This document shows, piece after piece, positions 37,691-49,871 of a stretch of DNA of 64,000 nucleotides. Source of the DNA: Obrimoposthia wandeli. Lineage: Eukaryota. The notes under the pieces are model-generated. The model was given only the letters and a program-made list of their open reading frames with translations, ran no database searches and was not told the DNA's origin. Where the stretch lies: assembly GCA_977020255.1 (NCBI GenBank), contig CDROCS010000321.1, forward strand, positions 1 through 64,000. Reading direction: 5' to 3'. Numbering within the stretch: position 1 is the first letter of the stretch; each line of letters begins with the position of its first letter. Made by a program: the position numbers and the translations under genes.

Positions 37691-38629
37691 TTGATTCAAG
37701 ATCGTGCTAGCCAAATGGCCCTTTTTCATACTTTAGTGCAAACTGGTAGCTTTACCGCTGCAGCGCATACCCTCAGTGTGTCGGTTTCTCATGTAAGTAA
37801 ACAACTCAAATGCTTAGAAGCTGATTTAAACGTCAAGCTGGTACAGCGTTCTACTCGCAGTTTTACCTTAACCGATGCTGGCCAACAGTTTGCTATTTAT
37901 TGCGCCGAAGTCGTGAGCAGTGTACAAGACGCCGATGTGATGATGGCTAATCTGCAAGACGACGTGGCCGGTATACTGCGCTTAGGCGTATCGCAATCAT
38001 TTGGCACCATCCATATTATTCCCGCTATCGAACAGTTTCGGAAACTGCACCCCGACCTACATGTTGAAGTGAGTTTGTTCGATTATAAAGCCAACATGAT
38101 TGATGATGGGTTAGATCTGTGGCTTACCAACATTGAAGATATTCCCGAAGGTTATGTGGCGCAGCATTTGGCTGATACACGTTTTGTGGTTGCCGCATCA
38201 CCAGATTATTTAATGCATCACACCGCGCCTTTGCATCCCTGCGAGCTTGAAAACCATAACTGCCTTATCTATCGCAGCCGTGAACGTAATTATGGCTTGT
38301 GGTCGTTTAAGCAAGGCACTGAATCGTTATACATTAACGTTGATGGAAATTACCGTGTTGATTTAGCAGAAGCGATCCGCGACGCTGCGATATCAGGGTG
38401 GGGCATTGCTTACTTAGCAACATATTTGCTAACCGATGAGTTTAGAACCGGCAAATTAATCCAATTATTACCACAATGGCAGGCGAGTCAGGTGATGCGA
38501 TTTTATGCTGTCTATCCTAGCCGTAAGCATTTACCGAAAAAGATTAGCGCTGCGATTGCCTTTTTTAAAGAATATATTGGTCAACCTTCATACTGGGATC
38601 AGCAATTAAAGTCGCAAATTAAAATCTAA
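37691..38629 (+). CDS. LysR family transcriptional regulator
   Basis: GSFTAAAHTLSVSVSHVSKQL...LVQRSTRSFTLTDAG. Confidence 0.92.
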   Translation: MIQDRASQMALFHTLVQTGSFTAAAHTLSVSVSHVSKQLKCLEADLNVKLVQRSTRSFTLTDAGQQFAIYCAEVVSSVQDADVMMANLQDDVAGILRLGVSQSFGTIHIIPAIEQFRKLHPDLHVEVSLFDYKANMIDDGLDLWLTNIEDIPEGYVAQHLADTRFVVAASPDYLMHHTAPLHPCELENHNCLIYRSRERNYGLWSFKQGTESLYINVDGNYRVDLAEAIRDAAISGWGIAYLATYLLTDEFRTGKLIQLLPQWQASQVMRFYAVYPSRKHLPKKISAAIAFFKEYIGQPSYWDQQLKSQIKI

Positions 38630-38846
38630 TTACAACAACTTATGTCCTGATGCGGAAATATATTTTCCATATGGAAATAATGCGCTAGAGAACATTGTGG
38701 AATCGTTATAAAACAACAAACTAGCTATCGCTACACCACTGTTGAATTTAATTGTAACAAGCAGGTAACTTACTGGACTTGCTGTAAAAATGGCGCGGAC
38801 TACAATACGCGTCTTTATAATTTTAATCATTAAACAGGTTTGTTCC

Positions 38847-40046
38847 ATGATATCTATTTTAGGCATAATAGTGATCCTATTAACGGCGTATTTCTGCTCT
38901 AACGATCGCCGTAATATCCCCCTCAGAACTGTCTCACTGGCGTTTGCATTACAGATTACTTTTGCTTTCATCGTATTATATTTTCCAGCAGGCAAAGACG
39001 CGTTAAATGCTTTTAGTGCGGGTGTCTCAAATGTGATTGATTATGGCCAGGAAGGTATCTCGTTCTTATTTGGCAGCTTAGTGGAAGGCACCTTTGTATT
39101 TGCTATTAATGTATTAGGTATTATTGTGTTCTTCTCGGCGTTAATTTCAGCGCTGTATCATATTGGCTTCATGCCGAAAGTGATTAATATTGTTGGTGGT
39201 GGCTTACAGAAATTACTCGGCACTGGTCGTGCAGAATCATTAGCGGCAACGGCAAACATCTTCGTGGGTATGGTTGAAGCGCCGTTAGTGGTTAAGCCGT
39301 ATTTGAAAGGCATGAGCGATTCACAGTTCTTCGCTGTGATGACGTGTGGTCTTGCTTCTGTTGCTGGTGGCACATTAGTCGGCTACGCCATGATTGGTGT
39401 CGAGATTAAGTTTTTAGTGGCTGCGTCATTTATGTCTGCGCCTGCTGGTTTGTTAATGGCGAAGTTCTTGTTCCCACCATCAAAAAATGAAAACCACGCA
39501 GACGAAATCACTAAAGTAGAATTACCGCGTGCAACTAACGTGGTTGAAGCCCTTGCTGACGGAGCGATGGCTGGTTTAAGCATGGCGACTGCAATTGGTG
39601 CAACCTTGCTGGCCTTTGTTGGTGTTATCGCGTTACTCAATGGCATGTTAGGCGGTATCGGTAATTGGTTTGATGTGACGTTAAGCTTTGAAATCATTTT
39701 AGGCTATGTGTTTGCCCCTGTTGCTTGGTTAATCGGTGTGCCGTGGGATGAAGCGATTGTTGCTGGTTCGTTGATTGGTAATAAGATCGTGGTTAATGAG
39801 TTTGTGGCGTTTATTCAGTTGATGGAAGTTAAAGATCAATTAAGTGAACATTCTCAAGCAATTATTACCTTTGCGTTATGTGGTTTTGCTAATATAAGCA
39901 CCATGGCTATCTTGATTGGTGGTTTAGGCAGTATGATCCCAGAACGTCGTCAATTCATCGCTAAGCATGGTTTCCGCGCTATTTTTGCTGGTGTACTGGC
40001 TAACTTGATGAGCGCTGCAATTGCCGGTGTAATTTTAAGCTTATAA
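38847..40046 (+). CDS. NupC/CNT-family nucleoside transporter
   Basis: ESLAATANIFVGMVE, GLASVAG, KIVVNEFVAF, CGFANIST; start taken at MISILGII. Confidence 0.9.
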   Translation: MISILGIIVILLTAYFCSNDRRNIPLRTVSLAFALQITFAFIVLYFPAGKDALNAFSAGVSNVIDYGQEGISFLFGSLVEGTFVFAINVLGIIVFFSALISALYHIGFMPKVINIVGGGLQKLLGTGRAESLAATANIFVGMVEAPLVVKPYLKGMSDSQFFAVMTCGLASVAGGTLVGYAMIGVEIKFLVAASFMSAPAGLLMAKFLFPPSKNENHADEITKVELPRATNVVEALADGAMAGLSMATAIGATLLAFVGVIALLNGMLGGIGNWFDVTLSFEIILGYVFAPVAWLIGVPWDEAIVAGSLIGNKIVVNEFVAFIQLMEVKDQLSEHSQAIITFALCGFANISTMAILIGGLGSMIPERRQFIAKHGFRAIFAGVLANLMSAAIAGVILSL

Positions 40047-40147
40047 CAGACAGTACAACGCTCATTTTAGTTGGTGAGCGTTACTATTGAAAGTTAATTG
40101 TTAATGAATCAAATAACGATGCAATCATTAACTGTAGTGACAGATGC

Positions 40148-40184
40148 AAAAAAAGCTAACAAGATTACTTGTTAGCTTTTTTTT
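40148..40184. terminator. Bidirectional intrinsic terminator
   Basis: aaaaaaagctaacaag-atta-cttgttagctttttttt between convergent genes. Confidence 0.8.
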
Positions 40185-40263
40185 ACTTTTTACTTAGTGC
40201 GATTAATGTGCTGCAGTTATTACATCGATTAAAACTATTGCAGTTATCAAGGCAATATTGATA

Positions 40264-41445
40264 TTAGTCGAAAGTCACTTCAATTGTTTTCGCCACTTCT
40301 TTGGCTTTATCAATTGCATCAATGGTATTAATACCACGCGCTAGCGCCACGCCTAAACGACGTTGTCCTGCGATCTCAGGCTTACCGAACAAACGTATTT
40401 GGCTGCCAGGGACACAAGCCAATGCCGGTGCTAATTGGTTAAAGCCAATATTAGTCGAATGACCTTCTGCGAGAATTACTGCTGAAGCAGACGGACCATA
40501 CTGTTGGATCTGAGTAATAGGTAGCCCTAAAACTGCACGTACATGCAAGGCAAATTCAGACAAATCTTGCGAGATTAATGTCACCATACCAGTATCATGT
40601 GGGCGCGGTGATACTTCACTAAAGAACACCTCATTACCACGAATGAAGAGTTCGACGCCAAATAGACCATAACCGCCTAATTCTGTCACAACCTTCGCCG
40701 ATATTTCTTTGGCTTTAGCAAGTACATCATCGCACATTACTTGTGGCTGCCATGATTCACGGTAGTCGCCATCTTGCTGGCGGTGCCCAATAGGGTCGCA
40801 GAAATGAATGCCGTCAACGGCGCTGATTGTCAGTAGGGTGATTTCAAAATCGAACTTAACAAAACCTTCAATAATGATGCGACCTGCGCCAGCGCGGCCA
40901 CCTTCTTGTGCATAAGCCCAAGCTTGGTCTATATCGTCTTCATCACGAATAATGCTTTGACCTTTACCTGATGAACTCATCACAGGTTTGATCACGCACG
41001 GAATACCAATCTGTTCTACAGCTGCAAGGTATTCAATTTTATTATCGGTAAAAATATAAGGCGAGGTAGGTAACTGCAGTGTTTCTGCCGCTAGAAGGCG
41101 AATACCTTCACGATCCATGGTTAGTTTGGTTGCGCGTGCTGTCGGTACAATGTTGACACCTTCTTGCTCTAGTTCAAGCAGGGTATCTGTTGCGATAGCT
41201 TCTATTTCTGGAATAACATAATCTGGTTTTTCAAGCTCAATAACACGTCTTAATGCATCACCATCTAGCATGTTAATGGTGTGGCTACGATGGGCAACTT
41301 GCATTGCTGGCGCGTTGTCATAACGATCAACTGCAATGACTTCGACACCTAAACGTTGAAACTCAATAGCGACTTCTTTCCCGAGTTCACCTGAGCCTAA
41401 TAGTAATACACGTGTTGCATTTTTGCTGTTGGCAGTACCTAACAT
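40264..41445 (-). CDS. purT: Formate-dependent phosphoribosylglycinamide formyltransferase
   Basis: [47 protein letters not shown]. Confidence 0.95.
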   Translation of the reverse strand: MLGTANSKNATRVLLLGSGELGKEVAIEFQRLGVEVIAVDRYDNAPAMQVAHRSHTINMLDGDALRRVIELEKPDYVIPEIEAIATDTLLELEQEGVNIVPTARATKLTMDREGIRLLAAETLQLPTSPYIFTDNKIEYLAAVEQIGIPCVIKPVMSSSGKGQSIIRDEDDIDQAWAYAQEGGRAGAGRIIIEGFVKFDFEITLLTISAVDGIHFCDPIGHRQQDGDYRESWQPQVMCDDVLAKAKEISAKVVTELGGYGLFGVELFIRGNEVFFSEVSPRPHDTGMVTLISQDLSEFALHVRAVLGLPITQIQQYGPSASAVILAEGHSTNIGFNQLAPALACVPGSQIRLFGKPEIAGQRRLGVALARGINTIDAIDKAKEVAKTIEVTFD

Positions 41446-41630
41446 AACAATTCCCTATTAATTGATTATAAATTTGGTGGTCAAACAAATGATAATTCAC
41501 TAACTTGTTGTATTTTAAGTACTATAGTTTTTTCACTACGTAATATAGCAGCATGATATAGCGATTTTGGTGGAAATGGAAGGTCTAACTGATAATTAGA
41601 CTGTGGCAATCAAAAGTCTGATTTTTATAT

Positions 41631-42050
41631 TTACGTTATCATGTCACTCATAACAAAAATTGAAGTGTATAAAGCAAGCAAGAGAACGATCGAAATGACA
41701 CAGCGACGGCGGTGGGTGAGCCCCTCGTAGGTGAGTAAACTCGGTCGAAATAAAAAGTTAATTGGGTTGAATAAGGTTTGATAACAAAACAATGAGATAC
41801 CTTCTTTTCTGCCATGTGCTACTAATTGATAGAAGTAATAACAAAAACGTACGATTAACAGTGGAAAGGAAATGTAAATAACCGCTATAAATGCCAGATT
41901 AATCGCTATAAGTTGTACGTTAAGGTCAAACATAACCCGCCAATCACGGGTGAATCCAAACAACAGTATGGCACTCATAAATACGGAGATAAAAATAAAA
42001 ATCAGGCTGTAGCGGAATAATTTAGGCCATTCTAAAGTGGTGTATCTCAT
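41631..42050 (-). CDS. Hypothetical membrane protein
   Basis: 139-aa ORF with three hydrophobic segments. Confidence 0.7.
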   Translation of the reverse strand: MRYTTLEWPKLFRYSLIFIFISVFMSAILLFGFTRDWRVMFDLNVQLIAINLAFIAVIYISFPLLIVRFCYYFYQLVAHGRKEGISLFCYQTLFNPINFLFRPSLLTYEGLTHRRRCVISIVLLLALYTSIFVMSDMIT

Positions 42051-42221
42051 TCTATACCTCTTCGCTGTTACTGAATCGTATGCAGGGTTTTGTGCTTTAA
42101 AACATCTTTGAAATGAAGTTTAATACCCATTAATGATTAAGGACAATCTATAGTCACTTGTTATCATGCATAATATCCTTACATCATAACTACTTACTTT
42201 TTTATTTATTAAGGCTTTATT

Positions 42222-43448
42222 ATGACTACATTGATTGAACGTTTTTTACGTTATGTAAGTTTTGATACCCAGTCCGATCATACCCTTGCTACTTGTCCCA
42301 GTACCCCAGGTCAAACTGTATTCGCGAAACAACTACAGCAAGAGTTAATTTTACTGAATTTAGATGACGTAAAACTCGATAGCAATGGTTACTTAACTGC
42401 ACGCCTATCGAGTAATATTAGCACAAGTGTGCCAACTGTCGGTTTTATTGCCCATATGGACACCGCGCCAGATGCATCTGGTCAGCATGTTAAACCACAA
42501 ATTGTTGAGAATTATCAAGGTGGTGACATTCGTTTAAGCGACACTGAAAAACTGTCACCGGCAATGTATCCAGAACTAAATCAATTGCAGGGTCAGACCC
42601 TTATCACCACCGATGGGTCGACATTACTTGGTGGCGATAACAAAGCCGGGATTGCTGAAATTATAACGGCTATCGCGTATTTACAAGCCAATCCTGAAAT
42701 TGAACATGGCGACATTTGTATTGGTTTTACCCCAGACGAAGAGATTGGCCGTGGCGCAGATTTGTTTGATGTAAAAGGCTTTAACGCGCAGTGGGCTTAT
42801 ACCATTGATGGTGGCCCTGTTGGTGAATTAGAGTATGAAAACTTTAATGCCAGCTCTGCTGATGTGATTTGTCACGGTGTGAATGTACATCCTGGTTCAG
42901 CCAAAAATAAGATGGTCAATAGCATGGGCCTCGCGGCTAAATTCCAAGCGATGATGCCTGCCGATGAAACACCAGAATACACGGAGGGTTACCAAGGTTT
43001 TTATCACTTAAATGCGATGCAAACCAGTGTTGCTAAAACCACACTGCATTATATTATTCGTGATTTTGACGAAACTGGATTAGCACATCGTAAAGCATTT
43101 ATGCAGCAGCAAGTCGCAGCACTAAATAACGAGCTTGGTTGTGAGCGCATAGAAGTTAAAATAAGCGACAGTTATAAAAATATGCGTGAAATGGTAGAGC
43201 CTCATGCACATATCATTGAACTGGCGACGCAGGCGATGATTGAGTGTGATATACAACCTGACATTAAACCTATTCGAGGCGGTACTGACGGGGCGCGATT
43301 ATCCTTTATGGGATTACCTTGTCCCAATATCTTTACTGGCGGTTATAATTTTCATGGTATCCATGAATTTATCACGGTAGAAGGAATGGAAAAATCGGTG
43401 CAAGTGATTGTCCGCTTGGCTGCGTTAACAGCGAAAAAATACCAGTAA
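42222..43448 (+). CDS. pepT: Peptidase T
   Basis: [44 protein letters not shown]. Confidence 0.95.
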   Translation: MTTLIERFLRYVSFDTQSDHTLATCPSTPGQTVFAKQLQQELILLNLDDVKLDSNGYLTARLSSNISTSVPTVGFIAHMDTAPDASGQHVKPQIVENYQGGDIRLSDTEKLSPAMYPELNQLQGQTLITTDGSTLLGGDNKAGIAEIITAIAYLQANPEIEHGDICIGFTPDEEIGRGADLFDVKGFNAQWAYTIDGGPVGELEYENFNASSADVICHGVNVHPGSAKNKMVNSMGLAAKFQAMMPADETPEYTEGYQGFYHLNAMQTSVAKTTLHYIIRDFDETGLAHRKAFMQQQVAALNNELGCERIEVKISDSYKNMREMVEPHAHIIELATQAMIECDIQPDIKPIRGGTDGARLSFMGLPCPNIFTGGYNFHGIHEFITVEGMEKSVQVIVRLAALTAKKYQ

Positions 43449-43466
43449 ATAACGTCCAGTAAATAA

Positions 43467-43793
43467 CTAATTCGGCCTGATGCCAATACAGTCGTCAGGC
43501 ATATCTACTTGCCCTTGTAAAAACAACATGCAATGATCTAGTTTACGATTCAGATCTTTATCATGTAATAACGCCACTTCACTTTGAATTTGCAGCTCAA
43601 AGACTAAATACCAAAAAACTTGTTCTTTCGAGCTGGCAATTTTATTGTCAACGATGTTTAAACGTTGCCAGTCTTGTAATATTTCCCAACTGTAATCGGT
43701 CAGTATGTTGTAACTGAGTTTGTTGTTCATAAATTGATGAATGTGTCTTATTAACAATTCAGATTTTACCGTGATGAAATTGCCTTCAAGCAT
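43467..43793 (-). CDS. Hypothetical protein
   Basis: 108-aa ORF with a GGAGG RBS; ends CIGIRP. Confidence 0.7.
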   Translation of the reverse strand: MLEGNFITVKSELLIRHIHQFMNNKLSYNILTDYSWEILQDWQRLNIVDNKIASSKEQVFWYLVFELQIQSEVALLHDKDLNRKLDHCMLFLQGQVDMPDDCIGIRPN

Positions 43794-43880
43794 AAATCGA
43801 CCTCCAATTACCTAGACTGAAGACGTATTCATCAGTAAATGGTAAACAGCATGGCATTCAAATTAGCTTTACTTAATTCA

Positions 43881-43985
43881 TACATAGTCCAAGCATAGTG
43901 CAGGTATAGTGCGAGCTTGAGCATAGCTTGAACATGGTTTGAACATGGTTTGAACATGGTTTTAATATAGTGTAAGCATAAGACA
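43881..43985. repeat. ~11-bp-period tandem array
   Basis: ...gcatagcttga acatggtttga acatggtttga acatggtttta... with degenerate catagt units on both sides. Confidence 0.7.
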
Positions 43986-44117
43986 TGATCTGTGATTTGT
44001 ATATCTATCGGCGATAGGCTTGATGTGTGCTGCGAGGGGACGTTACCGACCTCATTGATTTTAATAGCACAAATCAATGAGATCTATTTTTTAGTTATTT
44101 TCGACTTATTGTGTGAC

Positions 44118-47100
44118 TTATTTGACTACCATTGTCAGCGTTGTTTCTGCACTTGTTGAAGGTACGTTGCTTTGATGACTTAACACAAAGACACGTCCAG
44201 CATCAACTTTGCTGACATCACGTAAATGCGACTTGATCATATTTGCCCGTGATTTTGCTAACCTTCTTAACTGCTTGTCTGTCACAGCTTGCAGCTTACT
44301 GGTCTCAGTATATAAACTACGCAGCCAAACTTGTTCTAATTCTGCGTCAGCGAGTGTCGGCTGTTGGGTTGCAATCGCAGTGCGTAATGCATCCGCTTTA
44401 CCTTTGGTTTCTGATTCATATACGTTAACCAGTGCACTTGTCATACTGGCAGACACAGGTAATTCATCTACGTTGCTACCTTGCTTAATAACGGTGTCAG
44501 ATGATTGACTCAGCTTGTTATTTAACGCGCTATTCTGTAGTGCTTGTTTATCCAAGTTAGCATCATAGCTGCCTTTGATATTTAACTTTATTTCAGGGCG
44601 TTGTGCTAATGCTTTGGCTAAGGTATCTAGTTTACCCTGCTCAGTTAGCGCGAGCGTTGTCGAACCATTGGCAAAACTGACCTTGTCTAAATCATCGGTG
44701 GTATCAACAAGGCTAGCTAATAATGTAAATGGCGATGTTACTGCTTTAAGAATAATATTACTGAGCGATTTCAGTACAATCTCACCGACATTAAAGCTTG
44801 GATCATCAACATTACCTGATACGTTAACGCCCAAGTCAATTGCACCACTGCTGTCTTTGAGCAATGGAATAGCAAGGGTGATAGGGAGTATGCTACCAGC
44901 GTCACTGTCTTTGGTATCATTCATATCTAATTGGTCAATTAAAATATGGTTGCTACCCTCTAAGTGATTATTTTCTAATTTGTATTTAAGCGCAAGAGAC
45001 AACTGGCCTTCATCAATATCTAAACCTGCATAGGTACCAGAGTAGGGTGTCATTGAGGGTAACTCAAAGTTATTAAACACAAACTCAACATCAACAAAAG
45101 GTTCTGGAATTAACGGGTTTACTACCCCTTTTAAAGTCATCGGCGCGTATTTATTGACGATGGCCTTGATATCAATTTCTGCATTTTTGGTCGTTGTCGA
45201 TGATAGTTTACCAACATGGCCTTCTATATTTTCGATGACGGCTTCAAAACTTGGTTTAAGCACGTTATCGGTGTAGTCAACTTTACCCGCGACGAGCGTG
45301 AACTTGTTTAATTCAATCAGCATGGCATCTTCAGTTGCACTTGGTTTTGTCGCCACTGGGTTTGCTTGTTCTTTTTCTTTTGCAGCCGTTACTTCGGTGG
45401 TTTCATCAGTCGATTTCTGCTCTATTACTAAGTCAGATAGGTTTGAGCTTTTGTCTGCTGCCACGATAACTTGTGCATAAGGTTGGGTTAATTTGATGTG
45501 ATCGATGAGTAAGCTATTAGCCTGTTGATCGAGGGCAATACTGTTAATGGTAAAATCTTGCCATTTAAGCAGCGGCTTATTGAGTTTTTTGTCATTAATC
45601 GCTAGTTTTGCAACTTGCACTTCACCGTTGAAACGCGCAGTACCTTTGCTATCTGCGTAAATGTCACCTTTGGTGGTGAAGAAACCACTGTTCAGGCTGA
45701 TATTCAGGTAAGGGCTGATGTAAGGCTGAAATTGAGTTAGATTCAGTTGTTCTAGACTGATGTGCGCATCAAGTGATTGTTGTTTAATGTCGATACTGCC
45801 TTGTGAAGCAAAACTCCCGTTATCATTAATACTTAGAGCCAGTTTATAGTCGATAGGGACATCATAGGTGCTCGATATTGCTTTGGTGCTAAAGTTCAGT
45901 GGTGCGATGCGCCATTTTGTTGCTTTTGTGATCCATGAGTCAACGATGTTGATATCATAATTGGTTAAATTAAATTCTCCAATATTAAGTACCCACACCC
46001 TTGCGTCTGCTCTTGCTTCAATTGCTGCTACTTGTTCAACGACGGTTTCGACCTCTATTTCTGATACGGTCTCGATGACATCAACGACTGTACCTACCAC
46101 TGAGTCATTTTCTGGCTTAGCGTTTTCTGTTACTGGGGGAGCGGTTACCGGTGGAGCGGTGACAACGACACGCGGTGATGCTGTTTCAGTTAATGATGTT
46201 GGTGTTAACAATGCGGCTAAATCAACTTCACCTTTGTTAATGCTGGCATGGAGTTGCAAGCCATCGGTACTGACATTATCGATGCCGACTAGTTGCTCTT
46301 GTAAATCGAGTGAGATGCCAGCAGCCGTAAGCAATGGCAGGTTGATGAGTTCGTGATCTGCAGAGGTAAATATCAGTGAGCGTAATGCAAATTCGCCGGT
46401 GTCGATAATAAATTGTGGTGTTGGCGTAGCCGCTGTCGGGCTATGTGTGCCAGAACCAGTTGTTGGTGTATCTGTTACTACAGTGGTATCGCTGATAAAG
46501 CGGAAGTTCGTGGCTAAATCAATAGTACCAGATTTTAACTCTGCACGAATTTGTTTGGCAATAAATGGCCAGAATGTGGTGAGTTTAATGTGTTTAAGTG
46601 CGAGTTCACCTTGCGCTTCCAACGGTGTTAACTGGAATCGACCTGCCGTTGTGACCGCACTTTCATCGCTACCTTCAATACTCAGATCGAAACTGTTGTA
46701 AGTGGGTGTCGGGGCATTGCTCTGCTGTTTATTTTCTAACATGGCAATACTATTGAACTGAGTCAGTGAAACATTGATTGCTGGGTAATCGAGTTCCGCG
46801 CCTGTTGGACGGTCTTTAAAATTAAATGCGGTATTAGTGATACTGATATTCGCAATTTGCATATGCGGTAAGTCAGTGCCTTGATCCGTTTCTTCTACGA
46901 TTGCGTCTACGGTAACAAAACGCTTAGCCTGCTCTTCCATGTATTCTGGGATATCGGAGAAGCTGAATCTGGTTTCATCTAGTCTTTCTATATTGACAGC
47001 AGCTTGATCTATTTCGACTGTTTCCAGGTTAATACTGCCATTGAACAAACTCTTCCAAAGGTTGGCTTGCAATGTAATACGACCAAGGCTGATGAATTCT

Positions 47101-47387
47101 TGTTGGTCCGGCGTTTGGATCTCAAAACCGGTAATTTCAAATTTGAGTGTAAAAGGATTAATGGATACATCTTCTAGCAACACTGGGCGGTTCACTAATG
47201 CGCTGGCTTTTTCAGGTGCGATGCTTTTTACCATATAAGGCACAAGTAAACCTAATAACATGGCATAGACTAAATAGGCAACGAGCGTATAAGTGAGCAG
47301 GCGTTGATAGCGCGGTGCACTTGAGAAGCGTTGACGAAAATTGGGAGTGGAAGTTGCCATTGGAAATGTAAATCCTTTTAAATACAA
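44118..47387 (-). CDS. DUF748-domain (AsmA-like) protein
   Basis: N-terminal TM, NPFTL, repeated beta-rich modules, PYSGTYAG, IDLGVNVSGNVDDPSF, OmpA-like tail. Start uncertain. Confidence 0.85.
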   Translation of the reverse strand: MYLKGFTFPMATSTPNFRQRFSSAPRYQRLLTYTLVAYLVYAMLLGLLVPYMVKSIAPEKASALVNRPVLLEDVSINPFTLKFEITGFEIQTPDQQEFISLGRITLQANLWKSLFNGSINLETVEIDQAAVNIERLDETRFSFSDIPEYMEEQAKRFVTVDAIVEETDQGTDLPHMQIANISITNTAFNFKDRPTGAELDYPAINVSLTQFNSIAMLENKQQSNAPTPTYNSFDLSIEGSDESAVTTAGRFQLTPLEAQGELALKHIKLTTFWPFIAKQIRAELKSGTIDLATNFRFISDTTVVTDTPTTGSGTHSPTAATPTPQFIIDTGEFALRSLIFTSADHELINLPLLTAAGISLDLQEQLVGIDNVSTDGLQLHASINKGEVDLAALLTPTSLTETASPRVVVTAPPVTAPPVTENAKPENDSVVGTVVDVIETVSEIEVETVVEQVAAIEARADARVWVLNIGEFNLTNYDINIVDSWITKATKWRIAPLNFSTKAISSTYDVPIDYKLALSINDNGSFASQGSIDIKQQSLDAHISLEQLNLTQFQPYISPYLNISLNSGFFTTKGDIYADSKGTARFNGEVQVAKLAINDKKLNKPLLKWQDFTINSIALDQQANSLLIDHIKLTQPYAQVIVAADKSSNLSDLVIEQKSTDETTEVTAAKEKEQANPVATKPSATEDAMLIELNKFTLVAGKVDYTDNVLKPSFEAVIENIEGHVGKLSSTTTKNAEIDIKAIVNKYAPMTLKGVVNPLIPEPFVDVEFVFNNFELPSMTPYSGTYAGLDIDEGQLSLALKYKLENNHLEGSNHILIDQLDMNDTKDSDAGSILPITLAIPLLKDSSGAIDLGVNVSGNVDDPSFNVGEIVLKSLSNIILKAVTSPFTLLASLVDTTDDLDKVSFANGSTTLALTEQGKLDTLAKALAQRPEIKLNIKGSYDANLDKQALQNSALNNKLSQSSDTVIKQGSNVDELPVSASMTSALVNVYESETKGKADALRTAIATQQPTLADAELEQVWLRSLYTETSKLQAVTDKQLRRLAKSRANMIKSHLRDVSKVDAGRVFVLSHQSNVPSTSAETTLTMVVK

Positions 47388-47432
47388 TCAATAGTCTTAA
47401 TTATAGAATATCAATGGCAAGCATAACAGTTA

Positions 47433-48335
47433 TTATTCCAACCATTGTTGATGTAATTGGTCACTATCACCTAAATAATCTAATAACCATGTAACGGCTG
47501 GGCTCATGCGTTTGGTATTCCAGGCTAAGCAACAATCGCTAACGGGTAGGGCTGTAATGACTTCTTTCTCTATTAGTTCACCTGTTAGGATTAATTTTTT
47601 GGCCATATGTGCGGGCATAATAGCAATGCCTAAACCGCCCTTGAGTAGCTGTGTTGCACTGTGCCAGTTCGGGACGACAAGACGGCGTTGATTATCAAGT
47701 AACCATGTAGTGCGCTTGGGAAGCTTGCGGGCGGTGTCTTCTAAACAAATTACCGGGTATTGCGCAAGCGCTTCGTTACTGATCGGTTGTGGTACCTGTG
47801 CGAGCGGGTGATTAGGACTGATCACGAACGTCCACTTTAATTCCCCCATTCCGCGGTAATCAAAGCCGCCACTAACGGGAATCGTTGCTGTCGCGCCAAT
47901 GGCGATGTCTGCACGCGAATCAACCAGTGCATCCCAAACACCGTTATATACTTCCATGGTTAATAACAGTTCCACATCTGGAAACGCAGTGTAAAAGTCA
48001 CCCACCATGGTATTGATACGGCCTTCATGTACGACGTTATCTAACGCGAGGGACACGCTTTCGTTCCAACCATGTGCCACTCGTTGTGTTTGAAATTTCA
48101 TGTGCGCCATTTGCTTGAGCAATTTACGCGATTCTATGACGAAGTATTCGCCCGCAGGCGTTAGCTCGACTTTACGGTGCAAACGAATGAATAAAGCCAC
48201 GGCTAACCGCTCTTCAATATTACGAACAGTGTAGCTAATGGCACTGGGTACTTTACATAATTCATCTGCGGCCGCGGTGAAACTTCCACGTCGGGCAACA
48301 GCGTCGATAACCTGCAGATCTTGTTGAGAAAACAT
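47433..48335 (-). CDS. punR: LysR regulator, PunR/YdhB-like
   Basis: MFSQQDLQVIDAVARRGSFTAAADELCKVPSAISY, EVYNGVWDAL; divergent from a PunC-like MFS gene. Confidence 0.8.
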   Translation of the reverse strand: MFSQQDLQVIDAVARRGSFTAAADELCKVPSAISYTVRNIEERLAVALFIRLHRKVELTPAGEYFVIESRKLLKQMAHMKFQTQRVAHGWNESVSLALDNVVHEGRINTMVGDFYTAFPDVELLLTMEVYNGVWDALVDSRADIAIGATATIPVSGGFDYRGMGELKWTFVISPNHPLAQVPQPISNEALAQYPVICLEDTARKLPKRTTWLLDNQRRLVVPNWHSATQLLKGGLGIAIMPAHMAKKLILTGELIEKEVITALPVSDCCLAWNTKRMSPAVTWLLDYLGDSDQLHQQWLE

Positions 48336-48438
48336 TCACATCAAATTTTTTGAAAGCAATAGTGAAATATTAGCGTTTCTCAAACCGGAACGCCAGTATT
48401 AAACTGTCAATATCATCATTAGTCTATGTAGTTATGCA

Positions 48439-49693
48439 ATGAACAATATTAAAAGCAATAGTACACTCAATCCTAAAAGTAACAGTACAATCAATCCTAA
48501 AAAGAACGCTTCAATGAGCACTATGATCTGGTTTTCTGGATTAAGTATGCTGGGTTTTCTCGCTACCGATATGTATTTACCTGCATTCGAAACCATTCGT
48601 TCTGAGTTTGGTACCACGCAAACATTAATTAGCTTGTCACTGAGTATATTCTTATTAGGGATGGCACTCGGTCAATTAGTCTATGGTCCTTTATCAGACC
48701 GTATCGGCCGCAAGAAAATGTTGTTTGTGGGTATGACTATTTTTGTTATATCGACAGCTGTGATCTCTGTGTCTAGCAGTATAGAGCTGTTTTTACTCGC
48801 TCGATTTGGCCAAGCGTTAGGTGCGTGTTGTGGTACTGTTATTTGGCAGGCGGTTGTGATTGACCGTTATCAAGGTAAAGCGTCGGAACGTATTTTTGCG
48901 ACTATCATGCCACTTGTTGCATTGTCTCCGGCATTAGCACCCTTGTTGGGTGCAGGACTTGAAGCGTATTTTGGCTGGCGCAGTATTTTTATCGTCCTAG
49001 TGGTGATTGGTCTTGGGCTAATGTTCGCGACAACAGGCCAAGAAGAAAGTGCACCTCTGGATAAAAAACAAGAAAAAATCACCACGCAACTGGCGCGTGA
49101 TTATAAGCAGATTTTAAAATCAAAAATATTCATGGGTAACATGTTGATATTTGCAGCATGCTCCGCCGCTTTCTTCGCCTACTTAACCGGTTCACCCTTC
49201 ATTATGACTGCTATGGGTTATTCTGGCGCTGACATTGGCCTGAGTTACTTGCCACAGACGGTAGCTTTCCTTGTCGGTGGTTATGGTTGTCGTAGCTTGT
49301 TAACTCGCTTTAGCGCAAAACAATTATTACCTTGGTTAATCACCTTGTTTATCGCAACGGTTGTGACGATGTTTGTGATTACATTTGTGACGGCACCAAC
49401 GACTATTTGGCCTATATTGATCCCATTCTGCTTCTTAGCTGTAGCTAACGGCGCGATTTATCCATTGGTGATTAACGCTGCATTGGCTGATTTTAAAAAT
49501 TGCAGTGCAACAGCGGCAGGCTTATATAACACCTGTTTTGTTTGTAGCAGTAGTGATGTGTCGTTTCCAAGACCAAGGTCTTTACGCGGTGACTGCGGTG
49601 ATGTTGTTCCAAGGCTTGTTGATTGTCGTTGGTTATACGTTAGCGAAGCATAAACACGTTGAAGACACTGCAACTGAAGCGGTAGTGGCTTAA
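48439..49693 (+). CDS. punC: Bcr/CflA-family MFS transporter, PunC/YdhC-like; C-terminus frameshifted
   Basis: LSMLGFLATDMYLPAF, GPLSDRIGRK, SERIFATIMPLVALSPALAP, YLTGSPF. The frame breaks near 49530-49570 and the last TM continues in ORF 49505-49693. Confidence 0.75.
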
Positions 49694-49720
49694 GTTAATT
49701 AAAGCATAATAATTGCAGAT

Positions 49721-49758
49721 AAAAAAAGGGAAAGACAGTAATTGTCTTTCCCTTTTTT
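49721..49758. terminator. Bidirectional intrinsic terminator
   Basis: aaaaaaagggaaagaca-gtaat-tgtctttcccttttttg. Confidence 0.85.
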
Positions 49759-49871
49759 GTTTGTTGGTTTTAACAATAATGTTTAACGCAACACTCAGCT
49801 AATCTAAATCTAAATTAGTCTAACTAGGTCTAATCTAACTTAAGTCCAATCTAACCAAAGTCTACTCTAAA

